In this document: piece after piece, positions 44,675 to 53,409 of the stretch
Numbering within the stretch: the first letter of the stretch is position 1
Layout of the letters: each line of letters starts with the position of its first letter
Program-made: the position numbers and the translations under genes
The notes under the pieces: generated by a model
What the model saw: the letters and a program-made list of their open reading frames with translations, nothing else
Told to the model about the DNA's origin: nothing
Database searches by the model: none
Origin: Candidatus Lustribacter sp.
GTDB lineage: Bacteria > Vulcanimicrobiota > Vulcanimicrobiia > Vulcanimicrobiales > Vulcanimicrobiaceae
NCBI GenBank assembly: GCA_965277805.1
Contig: OZ255842.1
Coordinates: 64,001-128,000 of the forward strand
Direction of reading: 5' to 3'
DNA length: 64,000 nucleotides

Positions 44675-45552
44675 GCGACATCCTGCCGATCGTTCCGATG
44701 CGGGCGGCCAACACGAACGCGGCGCCCCGCTTCGCCGTGCCGCCGGGTGCCTGCGACGTCCACGTCCACGTCTTCGAACCCGGCTATCCGCACGTGCCGC
44801 ATCCGCACTACGAATTTCCGGATGCATCGCTGCGGCAGCTGCGCGCGATGACGGACTTCCTCGGCATCGATCGCGTGGTGGTCGTGCAGCCGAGCTTCTA
44901 CGGCACCGACAACCGCGTGCTGCTCGGCGCCCTGCAACAGCTTGGGGATGCGGCCCGCGGCGTCGTGATGGTAGAGGAGGACGTGTCCGACGCGCAGCTC
45001 GACACCTTTCATGCGCACGGGGTGCGCGCGATCCGGCTCGATCTCTTCGCACGCGCGGATTGGCCGCGTGCCGATCTGCGGGCGTACATCACGCGGATGT
45101 TCGAACGCGTGGGCCGGCGCGGCTGGCATCTGCAGTTTTACACTCCGGGCTACGTCCTACGCGATTTGCTGCCGTTTTTGGCGACCATCGAGAGCGATTT
45201 CGTGATCGATCACATGGGCTACATGCTCGAATCGGACGGTCTCGGTCCGGCCGATTTCGCCCGATTGCTCGAGGTGATGAAACGCGGTCATGCCTGGCTC
45301 AAACTCTCGGGACCGTATCGCCTTGCCAAGGGCAAAGGCTACGGTGCGGTTGCGCACCTCGCACGCGGGATCGTCGAGGCGTGCCCGGATCGCGCGCTAT
45401 GGGGCAGCGATTGGCCGCACTTGCCCGACGGCAGCCGCGATACCGGCGAGTTGCTCAACCTGGTGCTCGAGTGGATTCAGGATCCGGCGACACGCAAACA
45501 CGTGCTGGCCGATAACCCGGCGCGGCTCTTCGGGTTCAGTGCGCGCGGATGA
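44671..45552 (+). CDS. Amidohydrolase_2 family lactonase (2-pyrone-4,6-dicarboxylate hydrolase-like)
   Basis: GACDVHVH, VQPS.YGTDN, IDHMG, KLSGPYR and WGSDWPH motifs. Confidence 0.88.
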   Translation: MSDILPIVPMRAANTNAAPRFAVPPGACDVHVHVFEPGYPHVPHPHYEFPDASLRQLRAMTDFLGIDRVVVVQPSFYGTDNRVLLGALQQLGDAARGVVMVEEDVSDAQLDTFHAHGVRAIRLDLFARADWPRADLRAYITRMFERVGRRGWHLQFYTPGYVLRDLLPFLATIESDFVIDHMGYMLESDGLGPADFARLLEVMKRGHAWLKLSGPYRLAKGKGYGAVAHLARGIVEACPDRALWGSDWPHLPDGSRDTGELLNLVLEWIQDPATRKHVLADNPARLFGFSARG

Positions 45553-45720
45553 AGTCTAAGATCGGCCCGCTGATCGTTTCGTCGCCGGTGTTCATTGCGG
45601 CGACCGACAAGATGTGGTCGTATTGGGCGCCCGCGAGTCCGGAGCCCGTGGCGGCGCGGTGGAACGTATCTTTCATCGGCCGAGCGTAGCAGCCCGCCGT
45701 CGATGGATCGTCAGCAGCGA

Positions 45721-45752
45721 TTGACGGTCGCTTGACGGCGCGGTGTTAGAAC
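45721..45752 (+). promoter_or_regulatory. SARP-type direct-repeat operator plus -10 box
   Basis: TTGACGG-TCGC-TTGACGG, then 8 nt, then TAGAAC, then 6 nt to the ATG at 45759. Confidence 0.7.
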
Positions 45753-45758
45753 GGTGAC

Positions 45759-46772
45759 ATGGATCGTCGAACATTTGTGGGTGCTCTAGCCGGGGCCGCC
45801 ACCGTTGCCGGCACTGCCGGTGCGGGCATGGCGCCGCTGAATCCGCCGGTGAAATTGCGCGTCGGGATCATCGGCGCGCTGTTCGATTCCGGATCACTGG
45901 CCGCATCGAGTAAAGGCTACTTCCAGGACGAAGGCCTCGATGTCGAGATCGTGAGTTTTCCAAGTTCGGCCGAGGCGAGTCAGGCCGTCGGCATCGGTCA
46001 GATCGACGTGTTTTCCGGTGCCCCGAACGCCGGCTTGTTCAACGCGCGATCGCAAGGAATCGACATCCGCGTGGTTGCCGGCGCCGGCGAGAATTCGCCC
46101 GGGCACGGCATCATCAGCCTCGTTCTGCGAAAAGACCTGCTCGATTCCGGGCGCTACAAAACGGCCGCCGATCTCAAGGGCATGAAACTCGCTACCGGCA
46201 TCGCTCAGCCGAGTCAGTGGCTCGGCGCGGCGATGGCCGCCAACGCGGGATTAGGCCCGAAGGACGTAGACTTCGTCAGCCTCGGGTTTGCCAACACCAT
46301 CGCCGCGATGTCCAACAAGGCCGTCGACGGCGGGTCCGTCAACGAGCCGTTTGCGACGCTGCTGATCGAGCAGGCCGGTGGCGTGCGCGTCGCCTCGATG
46401 GACAAATTCAAGCCGCGCTTTCCCGCCGGGTATCTGCTCTACGGCACGTCGCTGACGAAGATAAACCGCGAAGCGGGGCGTCGCTACCTGGTCGCCTATC
46501 TCCGCGGGCTGCGCGACTACAAGCTGGCCTTCGGACCGGAGAAGAAGAGCACGGCCGACGTCGTCGCGCTGCTGAAAAAGTACAACGTGGTCGTCACGCC
46601 GGAAACACCGTCGATGGGCGTTCCCGATGACGGCGCGCCGTCGTTCGCCGGCGTTTCGGATTTCGCGGGTTGGCTGCAGCTGACGGGGACGATTCAGAAG
46701 CCGCCGGATCTCAAGGGACTCGTGGATGATTCATTCCGGCAATACGCGCTGCCGCAATTGCGGCTCTTGTAG
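45759..46772 (+). CDS. ABC transporter substrate-binding protein, NitT/TauT family (Tat-like signal)
   Basis: MDRRTFV twin-arginine signal, KGYFQDEGLDVE and ADLKGMK motifs. Confidence 0.88.
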   Translation: MDRRTFVGALAGAATVAGTAGAGMAPLNPPVKLRVGIIGALFDSGSLAASSKGYFQDEGLDVEIVSFPSSAEASQAVGIGQIDVFSGAPNAGLFNARSQGIDIRVVAGAGENSPGHGIISLVLRKDLLDSGRYKTAADLKGMKLATGIAQPSQWLGAAMAANAGLGPKDVDFVSLGFANTIAAMSNKAVDGGSVNEPFATLLIEQAGGVRVASMDKFKPRFPAGYLLYGTSLTKINREAGRRYLVAYLRGLRDYKLAFGPEKKSTADVVALLKKYNVVVTPETPSMGVPDDGAPSFAGVSDFAGWLQLTGTIQKPPDLKGLVDDSFRQYALPQLRLL

Positions 46773-46774
46773 GC

Positions 46775-47557
46775 GTGCCGCAAGCACGCGTCAACGGGCG
46801 CTCGTTGTGGTTCGAGGACACCGGGGGTGACGGTCCGCCGGTGGTCTTCTCGCACGGGTTCCTCATGGATCGCGAGATGTTCGCGGACAACATCGCGGCG
46901 CTTGCGCCGGACTACCGCTGCGTGTCGTGGGACCAGCGGGGATTCGGCCGCACAGGACCCGTCGCTGCGCCGTTTACGTACTGGGATAGCGCGCGCGACC
47001 TCTTGGGACTTCTCGATTATCTCGGCATCGAACGCGCTGGGCTCGTCGGTATGTCGCAGGGCGGGTTCATCTCGATGCGAGCGGCATTGCTGGCGCCGCA
47101 ACGCGTAAGTGCGCTCGTGCTGATCGATACGCGATCGGGCATCGATGCGCCGGAAGTCATCGAGGCGTTTGCGGGGCTCGATGCCGAGTGGCGCAAGAAC
47201 GGCGCGCAAAACGTCAAGAACGATCTGGCCGGCCTGCTCGGTGTGGCCTTTGCTGCGGAGCGCTGGTTTCCAAAGTGGGACGCGCTCGGCAGCGAAGACC
47301 TGCACCATCCGATCGGTGCGCTCAAGGATCGCGACGATATCACCGGCCGCTTAACCGAGATCGTCGCGCCCTGCCTCGTGATTCACGGCGACGCCGATCG
47401 AGCAATCGCGCTCGAACATGGCCTTGCGCTCCACGACGGCTTACCGACCTGCGAGGATATTGTTCTGGTGCCGGGCGCCGGACACGCCTCGAACATGGAG
47501 TCGCCGGAGGTCGTCAACGCGCCGTTGCGCGGGTTTCTCGACCGTCACTTGTCGTAA
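46775..47557 (+). CDS. Alpha/beta hydrolase
   Basis: HGF, DQRGFG, GMSQGG, HGDAD and AGHAS motifs. Confidence 0.92.
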   Translation: MPQARVNGRSLWFEDTGGDGPPVVFSHGFLMDREMFADNIAALAPDYRCVSWDQRGFGRTGPVAAPFTYWDSARDLLGLLDYLGIERAGLVGMSQGGFISMRAALLAPQRVSALVLIDTRSGIDAPEVIEAFAGLDAEWRKNGAQNVKNDLAGLLGVAFAAERWFPKWDALGSEDLHHPIGALKDRDDITGRLTEIVAPCLVIHGDADRAIALEHGLALHDGLPTCEDIVLVPGAGHASNMESPEVVNAPLRGFLDRHLS

Positions 47558-47560
47558 CGT

Positions 47561-48661
47561 TTAGAGTCGCGAGCCGCTACTCACCCCGAAGGCGCCGATC
47601 GGCCGGCCCGACGGCGCGCGCAGCGTGACGACGCTCCGCCGCATCGATCGGATGCCGCCGTCGTGGGTGGTGAGTTCGACCGTTTCGGTCCACCGCCCGT
47701 GCGTGAGCGCAAGGTGGGTCAGTTGCAGCGGCACGGCCGTCTCGTGGTTGTCGGCGTGGAGAATCGCCGGCGTCTTGCCGACAACGTCTTCTTTGCGCAA
47801 GCCGAACGAATGCTCGGCGACGGGGCTGAAGCCGACGATACGCGTGTCCAGATCCGTCACGATCACGCAGTCCGGGAATTGCTCGAGCGCGCCGGCGTAC
47901 GATTTGAGCAGCTCGGATTCGTCGCCCGAATCGTTACCATGACTCGCGAGCGCTTCACGATACAGTTGCTCGGTCTCGACACTGGGTGCAATGTCCAATT
48001 GCTCGTGCAGCAGCGCGGAAAATTCGCGATATTCCCGGATGGCCGCGGCGGAGCGCCCGTCGCGCAGCAAGAGGCGCATCAGCTTCCGGCGGCCGGTTTC
48101 GTCGAACGGATCGAGCACGAAGGTTCGGCGCAGCGTAGCGATCGCGCTGACCACGTCGCCCGCATCGGACTGAGCATCGGCAACTTTGAGCAGCACGGCG
48201 ATCGTTTCGTCACTGCTGACGCGGCGCTGGTGGGCAAGCCATTCATCAAACGGCGTCCCGCCAAGATCGAGTCCGGCCAGTAACTCACCGCGGCAGAGCT
48301 CGCCCGCGCCTTGCCAGTCCGAGGGGTTGGTGCTCGCTCCGAGTTGCCGCAGCCGGTCGACATCGGTTTGGAACTGCGTGCGGTCTAAACCGACGCGGTC
48401 GCCTTCGAGCGTCAACGCGTCGGCATCGACGCCGAGCGCGCGCCGGATGGTGGACAGACATTGCCGCAGGCTGTGGCGCGCTTCATCTTCGGAGACTTCG
48501 GGCCACAGCAGTCCCGCGAGGTGGCCGCGCGAGAACTCGTTGCGCGAGGAAAGCGCCAGGTAGGCGAGCAGGGCGCGTTGCCGCACGCCGCTGACGGCAT
48601 AGCGTTGACGATTACCGCTCGCGATGGTGAACTCGCCGAAAGCGGTCACTTGTAGGGCCAT
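47561..48661 (-). CDS. SARP/AfsR-family (wHTH-BTAD) transcriptional activator with C-terminal PAS domain
   Basis: RALLAYLAL, LA.LLWP, LRQCLS.IR, FDEWL, DPFDE and L.IAPS.ET motifs, followed by a PAS domain (DCVIVTDLD.RI...AE..FG...EDVVGK). Confidence 0.88.
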   Translation of the reverse strand: MALQVTAFGEFTIASGNRQRYAVSGVRQRALLAYLALSSRNEFSRGHLAGLLWPEVSEDEARHSLRQCLSTIRRALGVDADALTLEGDRVGLDRTQFQTDVDRLRQLGASTNPSDWQGAGELCRGELLAGLDLGGTPFDEWLAHQRRVSSDETIAVLLKVADAQSDAGDVVSAIATLRRTFVLDPFDETGRRKLMRLLLRDGRSAAAIREYREFSALLHEQLDIAPSVETEQLYREALASHGNDSGDESELLKSYAGALEQFPDCVIVTDLDTRIVGFSPVAEHSFGLRKEDVVGKTPAILHADNHETAVPLQLTHLALTHGRWTETVELTTHDGGIRSMRRSVVTLRAPSGRPIGAFGVSSGSRL

Positions 48662-48689
48662 GGCGTTCCTCCGCCGTCTACGCGAACCG

Positions 48690-48722
48690 TTGACGGTCGC
48701 TTGACGGGCACGCTGCTAAACT
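48690..48722 (+). promoter_or_regulatory. SARP-type direct-repeat operator plus -10 box
   Basis: Identical 18-mer TTGACGGTCGCTTGACGG, then 9 nt, then TAAACT, then 8 nt to the ATG at 48731. Confidence 0.7.
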
Positions 48723-48730
48723 CCGCGAAG

Positions 48731-50224
48731 ATGTTTCATCTCTCGAGCGTCCTCAACCGGGCAACCCAGTTGTATGGAGATCGTCTCGCCGTTTCCGACG
48801 AGCATTCGGCTCTTACCTACCGGCAACTCGGGGAACGCGTCGGAGCTCTCGTCGTTGGACTCGTCGATCGCGTCGCCGCCGGCGATCGGGTACTGCTCGT
48901 CGATCGCAATAGTGCCCGCGCGCTCGAACTGAATTTCGCCTGCGCGGCACTGGGAGCGATTCTCGTTCCGTTGAACACGCGGCTCGCCGCACGCGAAATT
49001 GCGGCCATTGCGGCCAAAACGGAGCCCGCGCTGTGTATGGCGAGCGACGCGTTCGCACAGCTCTTGCCGCCGAATGTCGAGGCGATTGTTTGGCCGGAAA
49101 CCGACACCGCGTTGGCGCAAAATCGCTATGAAGCTCTTCTCCGAACGGCCGGCCCCCTGGCCGTGAGCCGCCGCTCGCCGAACGACATCGCGCAAATCTT
49201 CTATACGAGCGGTACGACCGGCCAGCCGAAGGGCGTGTGTTTGACGCATGCCAACCTGGCCGCAAGCGCCTACGATGCCATCGTCGCGCTCGCGCTCGAT
49301 CGCGATGACGTCTGGCTGCATGCCGCGCCGATGTTTCATCTCGTCGATGCGTTCGCGATCTGGGGCATGACGATGGTCGGCGGCGTTCATGCGATCGCAC
49401 ATTTCCGGCCGGAAGATTTCGCCGATGTCGTCGCCCGGCATCGCGTAACCAAGACGAGCTTGCCGCCGACCCTGATCGCAATGGCGATCGCGCACATCGC
49501 GCCCAACGACGCCCGCGTGGCATCGCTCAAACGAGTGAGCTACGGCGGCTCGCCGATGACCGAGACCGTTCACGTTGCGGCGACCACCGTGCTCGGCGTC
49601 GATTTACTGCAAGCTTACGGGATCACCGAGTCATCGGGAATCGTGGCGCATCAACTTCCCGGCGACCGCATCAATCCGGCGTCCGTCGGTCAACCGGTGA
49701 CGAGCGTACGGATGCGCCTCACCGATGGAGACGGCAGAATTATCGAGGGCGACGGCGTCGGCGAGATCCAGGTTGCGGGCCCGCGCGTGATGGCCGGCTA
49801 CTGGCGCCGTCCGGCAGCAACGGATGCGGTGCTCGTGGATGGCTGGTATTCTACCGGCGATCTCGGGAGCCGCGATGCGGACGGTCACTTCTCCATCGTC
49901 GGACGGAAGAAAGACATGGTCATTACCGGCGGCGAGAACGTGTATCCGATCGAGGTTGAAAACGTGCTTGCCGCGCACCCCGCGGTGGGCGAAGTGGCCG
50001 TGTTCGGCGTGCCGAGCGAACGCTGGGGTGAGGAAGTGCGCGCGGCCGTCGTGTTGCGCGACGGACAGGTTGCGAGCGAACGCGATCTCATCGATTTCTG
50101 CCGCGAACGCATCGGCGGCTACAAAGTGCCGAAGTCGATTCATTTCTCCACCGATCCACTGCCGACGACCGGACCCGGCAAAGTTGCAAAACATCTGCTG
50201 CGCCAGGAGTACGCAACGAAATGA
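48731..50224 (+). CDS. AMP-dependent acyl/aryl-CoA ligase
   Basis: YTSGTTGQPKG, YGITE, TGDLG, GRKKDM..TGGENVYP and GK motifs. Confidence 0.92.
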   Translation: MFHLSSVLNRATQLYGDRLAVSDEHSALTYRQLGERVGALVVGLVDRVAAGDRVLLVDRNSARALELNFACAALGAILVPLNTRLAAREIAAIAAKTEPALCMASDAFAQLLPPNVEAIVWPETDTALAQNRYEALLRTAGPLAVSRRSPNDIAQIFYTSGTTGQPKGVCLTHANLAASAYDAIVALALDRDDVWLHAAPMFHLVDAFAIWGMTMVGGVHAIAHFRPEDFADVVARHRVTKTSLPPTLIAMAIAHIAPNDARVASLKRVSYGGSPMTETVHVAATTVLGVDLLQAYGITESSGIVAHQLPGDRINPASVGQPVTSVRMRLTDGDGRIIEGDGVGEIQVAGPRVMAGYWRRPAATDAVLVDGWYSTGDLGSRDADGHFSIVGRKKDMVITGGENVYPIEVENVLAAHPAVGEVAVFGVPSERWGEEVRAAVVLRDGQVASERDLIDFCRERIGGYKVPKSIHFSTDPLPTTGPGKVAKHLLRQEYATK

Positions 50225-51765
50225 CGCTCGATATGGAGCGCTTCAGGTTGCGCACATTTGTCGAACAGCTCGTCGAGCTGGACGACTGTATCGTGCACGA
50301 GGAGCCGATCGATCTCGTCGACGTCGCATCGAATCTCGACGGATGCCCGAAGGCGGTCTGGTTCCGCAATGCCGGCGGCGGTGAAGTCGTGGGCAACGTC
50401 ATGGGTTCGCGGCACCGGCTCGCGATCGCCTTAGATGCGGGCGAGAACTCGATTGGCGATGAGATGCGCGAGCGTTTGCTCAAGCGCCATGCCCCCGTTG
50501 AGGTGCCGTCGGCGGACGCGCCGGTGCACGAGCTGGCATACATCGGCGCCGATGCGGATCTCACGTCGCTGCCGGTGCACCTGCAGCATGCGCTGGACGG
50601 TGCGCCCTATATCTCGGCCTCCCTCGACTTCGCGCGCGATGCCGCGACGGGCTGGACGAACGTCGGTTGCCGGCGCATCATGGTGCGCACGCCGTCGAGC
50701 GCCGGCATCGATCTCAACGCACCGAGCGATCTGCGCGCGATGTACGCCGCTGCGACCGCACGCGGCGAGCGACTGCCGTTGGCGTACGCGATCGGCTCGC
50801 ACCCGCTGGACTTTCTCGGTGCGATGGCGGCCACCGAGCCGTGTGACGAGCTCGACGTGCTCGGCGCGATGCGCGGCGCCCCGGTGCCGGTCGTGAAGTG
50901 CAAGACGCTCGATGCCTACGTTCCCGCCGACGCCGAAGTGATCGTCGAAGGCTACCTCGACGAGCGCGGGCTGGTCGAGCCTGAGGGCCCGTACGGCGAG
51001 TACATCGGCTACTACGGCACGATGAAACGCAATCCGGTTTTCCATGTGACCGCGATTACGTCGCGCCGTAAACCGCTCTTCCAGACCGCGACGATCGGCG
51101 GCCGCTGGATCGGTTACACCGATACCGCGCAGCTCGGCTCGGTCAAGACCGAGGCGACGATCGGCACGATCTTGCGGCACGCGGTTCGCGAGCCGCGCTC
51201 GATCTACTGCACGGCCTCATCGGGCGGGATGTATAACGTGCGCGTCTCGTTGCGTCAACGCTATCCAGGCGAAGCTCGCAACGCTATCGCCGCCGTGTTC
51301 GCTTCGGTGGCCGACGTGAAGCACGTGTTCGTCGTCGATGAGGACGTCGATGTGTTCGACGATCAGCAGGTCGACTGGGCGCTGGCGACGCGTTTTCAGG
51401 CGGATCGGGATCTCGTCGTCGAGTCGGGTTTTCGCGCCGTGCCGTTGGATCCGTCGCTCGCCGGATCGCGCGTGGGCGCCAAGGCCGGTTTCGACATGAC
51501 CAAGCCGTTCGGCAAGGCGGACGCGATGGAATACGCGATTCCCGATGCGCCCGCGTTTGCAGCGGTGCCGCAGCGGACCGTACTCGAGGCGCTAACCGCT
51601 GGGCCGTGCACCTTCCTCGACTTGATGGAAGCGACCGGCACGCGCGATGGCCGCGACGTGGTACGCGCGTTCGACGCGCTCTACGAGCAGCAACGTCTCG
51701 GCCGCGCGGACGACGGCCGCTATATCCTCGTCGATGCCCCCAACAACGCGAAGGGAACAACCTAG
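50221..51765 (+). CDS. UbiD family (prFMN-dependent) decarboxylase
   Basis: VPADAEVIVEG, EGPYGEY.GYY, VDEDVD, WALATRFQ and PLDPS motifs. Confidence 0.92.
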   Translation: MTLDMERFRLRTFVEQLVELDDCIVHEEPIDLVDVASNLDGCPKAVWFRNAGGGEVVGNVMGSRHRLAIALDAGENSIGDEMRERLLKRHAPVEVPSADAPVHELAYIGADADLTSLPVHLQHALDGAPYISASLDFARDAATGWTNVGCRRIMVRTPSSAGIDLNAPSDLRAMYAAATARGERLPLAYAIGSHPLDFLGAMAATEPCDELDVLGAMRGAPVPVVKCKTLDAYVPADAEVIVEGYLDERGLVEPEGPYGEYIGYYGTMKRNPVFHVTAITSRRKPLFQTATIGGRWIGYTDTAQLGSVKTEATIGTILRHAVREPRSIYCTASSGGMYNVRVSLRQRYPGEARNAIAAVFASVADVKHVFVVDEDVDVFDDQQVDWALATRFQADRDLVVESGFRAVPLDPSLAGSRVGAKAGFDMTKPFGKADAMEYAIPDAPAFAAVPQRTVLEALTAGPCTFLDLMEATGTRDGRDVVRAFDALYEQQRLGRADDGRYILVDAPNNAKGTT

Positions 51766-52638
51766 ATGTCCCAGTCAAATGCGTACGCCAAAGGCTACGT
51801 TCAGCTCGATGCGGACGGTCTGCCGCTCGGGATCATGCAGCCGATCACGGAACGGCGCACCACTAAGTTGGAAGTACGCCCCGACGGCGTCGCCATCATT
51901 ACGCTCGACCGGCCGGAGAAGCTCAACGCGTTCGACGAGCGCATGATCCACGAGGTCCGTACGATCATGTGGTCGGCGAACTTCGACGATCGCGTCAAGA
52001 TCATCGTGATCACCGGCTCGGGCCGCGCATTCTGTTCGGGCCGGGATATCAACGGGCTCGATTACGAGAACAACTTACCGACGCGCATGTATCGCGCCTA
52101 CGTCCGCGCCAGCCACGAGATGATGGACGACTTCGAGGCGATCGAAAAGCCCGTCATTGCCGCCGTGAACGGCATCGCCGCCGGCGGCGGGATGGAAATC
52201 GCGATCGCCTGCGACTTCCGGATCGTATCTGCGTCGGCAACGTTTCTGTTGCCGGAAAATCAGCTCGGCGTCATCCCCGCGTCCGGCGCGTGCTCGCGGC
52301 TCATCCAGATGATCGGAATCGGCCGCCTCAAAGAGATGGTGCTCGCGGCGATGCCGATGAGCGCGCAGCGGGCATTCGACATCGGCCTCGCGACGCGCGT
52401 CGTTTCCGACGACGCCTTCATGGAAGGCGTGCTCGAGTTCTGCAACATCTTGCTGGAACGCGCGCCGCTCGCGATGGGGATGGCCAAACACATCATCAAC
52501 ACCTGTCAAAACGTCGACACGGAGACGGGCCGCATCCTCGAGCGGCTCGGCCAATCGGTGCTGATCGGCACCGCCGATAACCACGAGGGCATGACGGCGT
52601 TCCGCGAAAAGCGGCGTCCGGTCTTCACCAACCGGTAG
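51766..52638 (+). CDS. Enoyl-CoA hydratase/isomerase (crotonase) family protein
   Basis: RPEKLNA, FCSG.D, KPVIAAVNG.A.GGG.E and EG..AFREKR motifs. Confidence 0.92.
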   Translation: MSQSNAYAKGYVQLDADGLPLGIMQPITERRTTKLEVRPDGVAIITLDRPEKLNAFDERMIHEVRTIMWSANFDDRVKIIVITGSGRAFCSGRDINGLDYENNLPTRMYRAYVRASHEMMDDFEAIEKPVIAAVNGIAAGGGMEIAIACDFRIVSASATFLLPENQLGVIPASGACSRLIQMIGIGRLKEMVLAAMPMSAQRAFDIGLATRVVSDDAFMEGVLEFCNILLERAPLAMGMAKHIINTCQNVDTETGRILERLGQSVLIGTADNHEGMTAFREKRRPVFTNR

Positions 52639-53409
52639 ATGGCGCTCTACGTTCGCGATCAGCCCGGCCTGCGCGGCGAATCAACGCTGCTGCTTCTGCA
52701 CGGGCTCGGCTCCAACGGCGCGGTGTGGGACAACATGCTCGCAGCGTTGGCCGGCCGCTGGAAAGGACGCATTCTCGTCCCCGACTTGCGCGGGCACGGC
52801 CGCTCGGAGCCGGGCACCGAGTACGCGTTAGGGCGGCACGCGGCGGACGTCGCGGAGTTTCTCGCCCATGACGAGCCCGTTTCGATCGTCGGTCATTCTA
52901 TGGGTGGGGCGATCGGCGTCGCGCTCGCGAGCGGCATGTATGCCGTGAACGTGCAGCACGTGCTCGGGTTAAGCATCAAACCGGTGTTCACGCCGCCCGA
53001 ACTCGACCGGGCGCGCGCACTGGCCGAAAAGCCGCGCCGGACCTTTGCGACGCGCGACGCGGCAACCGAACGCTTTCTGCTCGTGAGCGGCCTGACCGGT
53101 ATTGTGAAGCTCAGCGATGCGGTCGCCGTGCAAGGCGTTCGGCAGAATGCGGCTGGTTACGAGTTAGCGGCGGATCCGCGGACGACGCTCGTGGCCGGAC
53201 CGCCGCTCGCGCCGATGCTGAGCGCGGCCGCGGCACCGGTCGTGCTCGCGACGGGCGACCGCGACCACATCGCGACCGTCGACGACCTGCGCAAATGCGC
53301 GGGCAACGTTGCCGTCATCGCCGGCGCGGGTCACAACGTCCATGTCGAGCGTGCCGATTTCATCGCCGACCTCGCGTTGACCACGATGCTTGCAGGGAGC
53401 CTGACATGA
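52639..53409 (+). CDS. Alpha/beta hydrolase
   Basis: [20 protein letters not shown] and AGHNVH motifs. Confidence 0.9.
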   Translation: MALYVRDQPGLRGESTLLLLHGLGSNGAVWDNMLAALAGRWKGRILVPDLRGHGRSEPGTEYALGRHAADVAEFLAHDEPVSIVGHSMGGAIGVALASGMYAVNVQHVLGLSIKPVFTPPELDRARALAEKPRRTFATRDAATERFLLVSGLTGIVKLSDAVAVQGVRQNAAGYELAADPRTTLVAGPPLAPMLSAAAAPVVLATGDRDHIATVDDLRKCAGNVAVIAGAGHNVHVERADFIADLALTTMLAGSLT

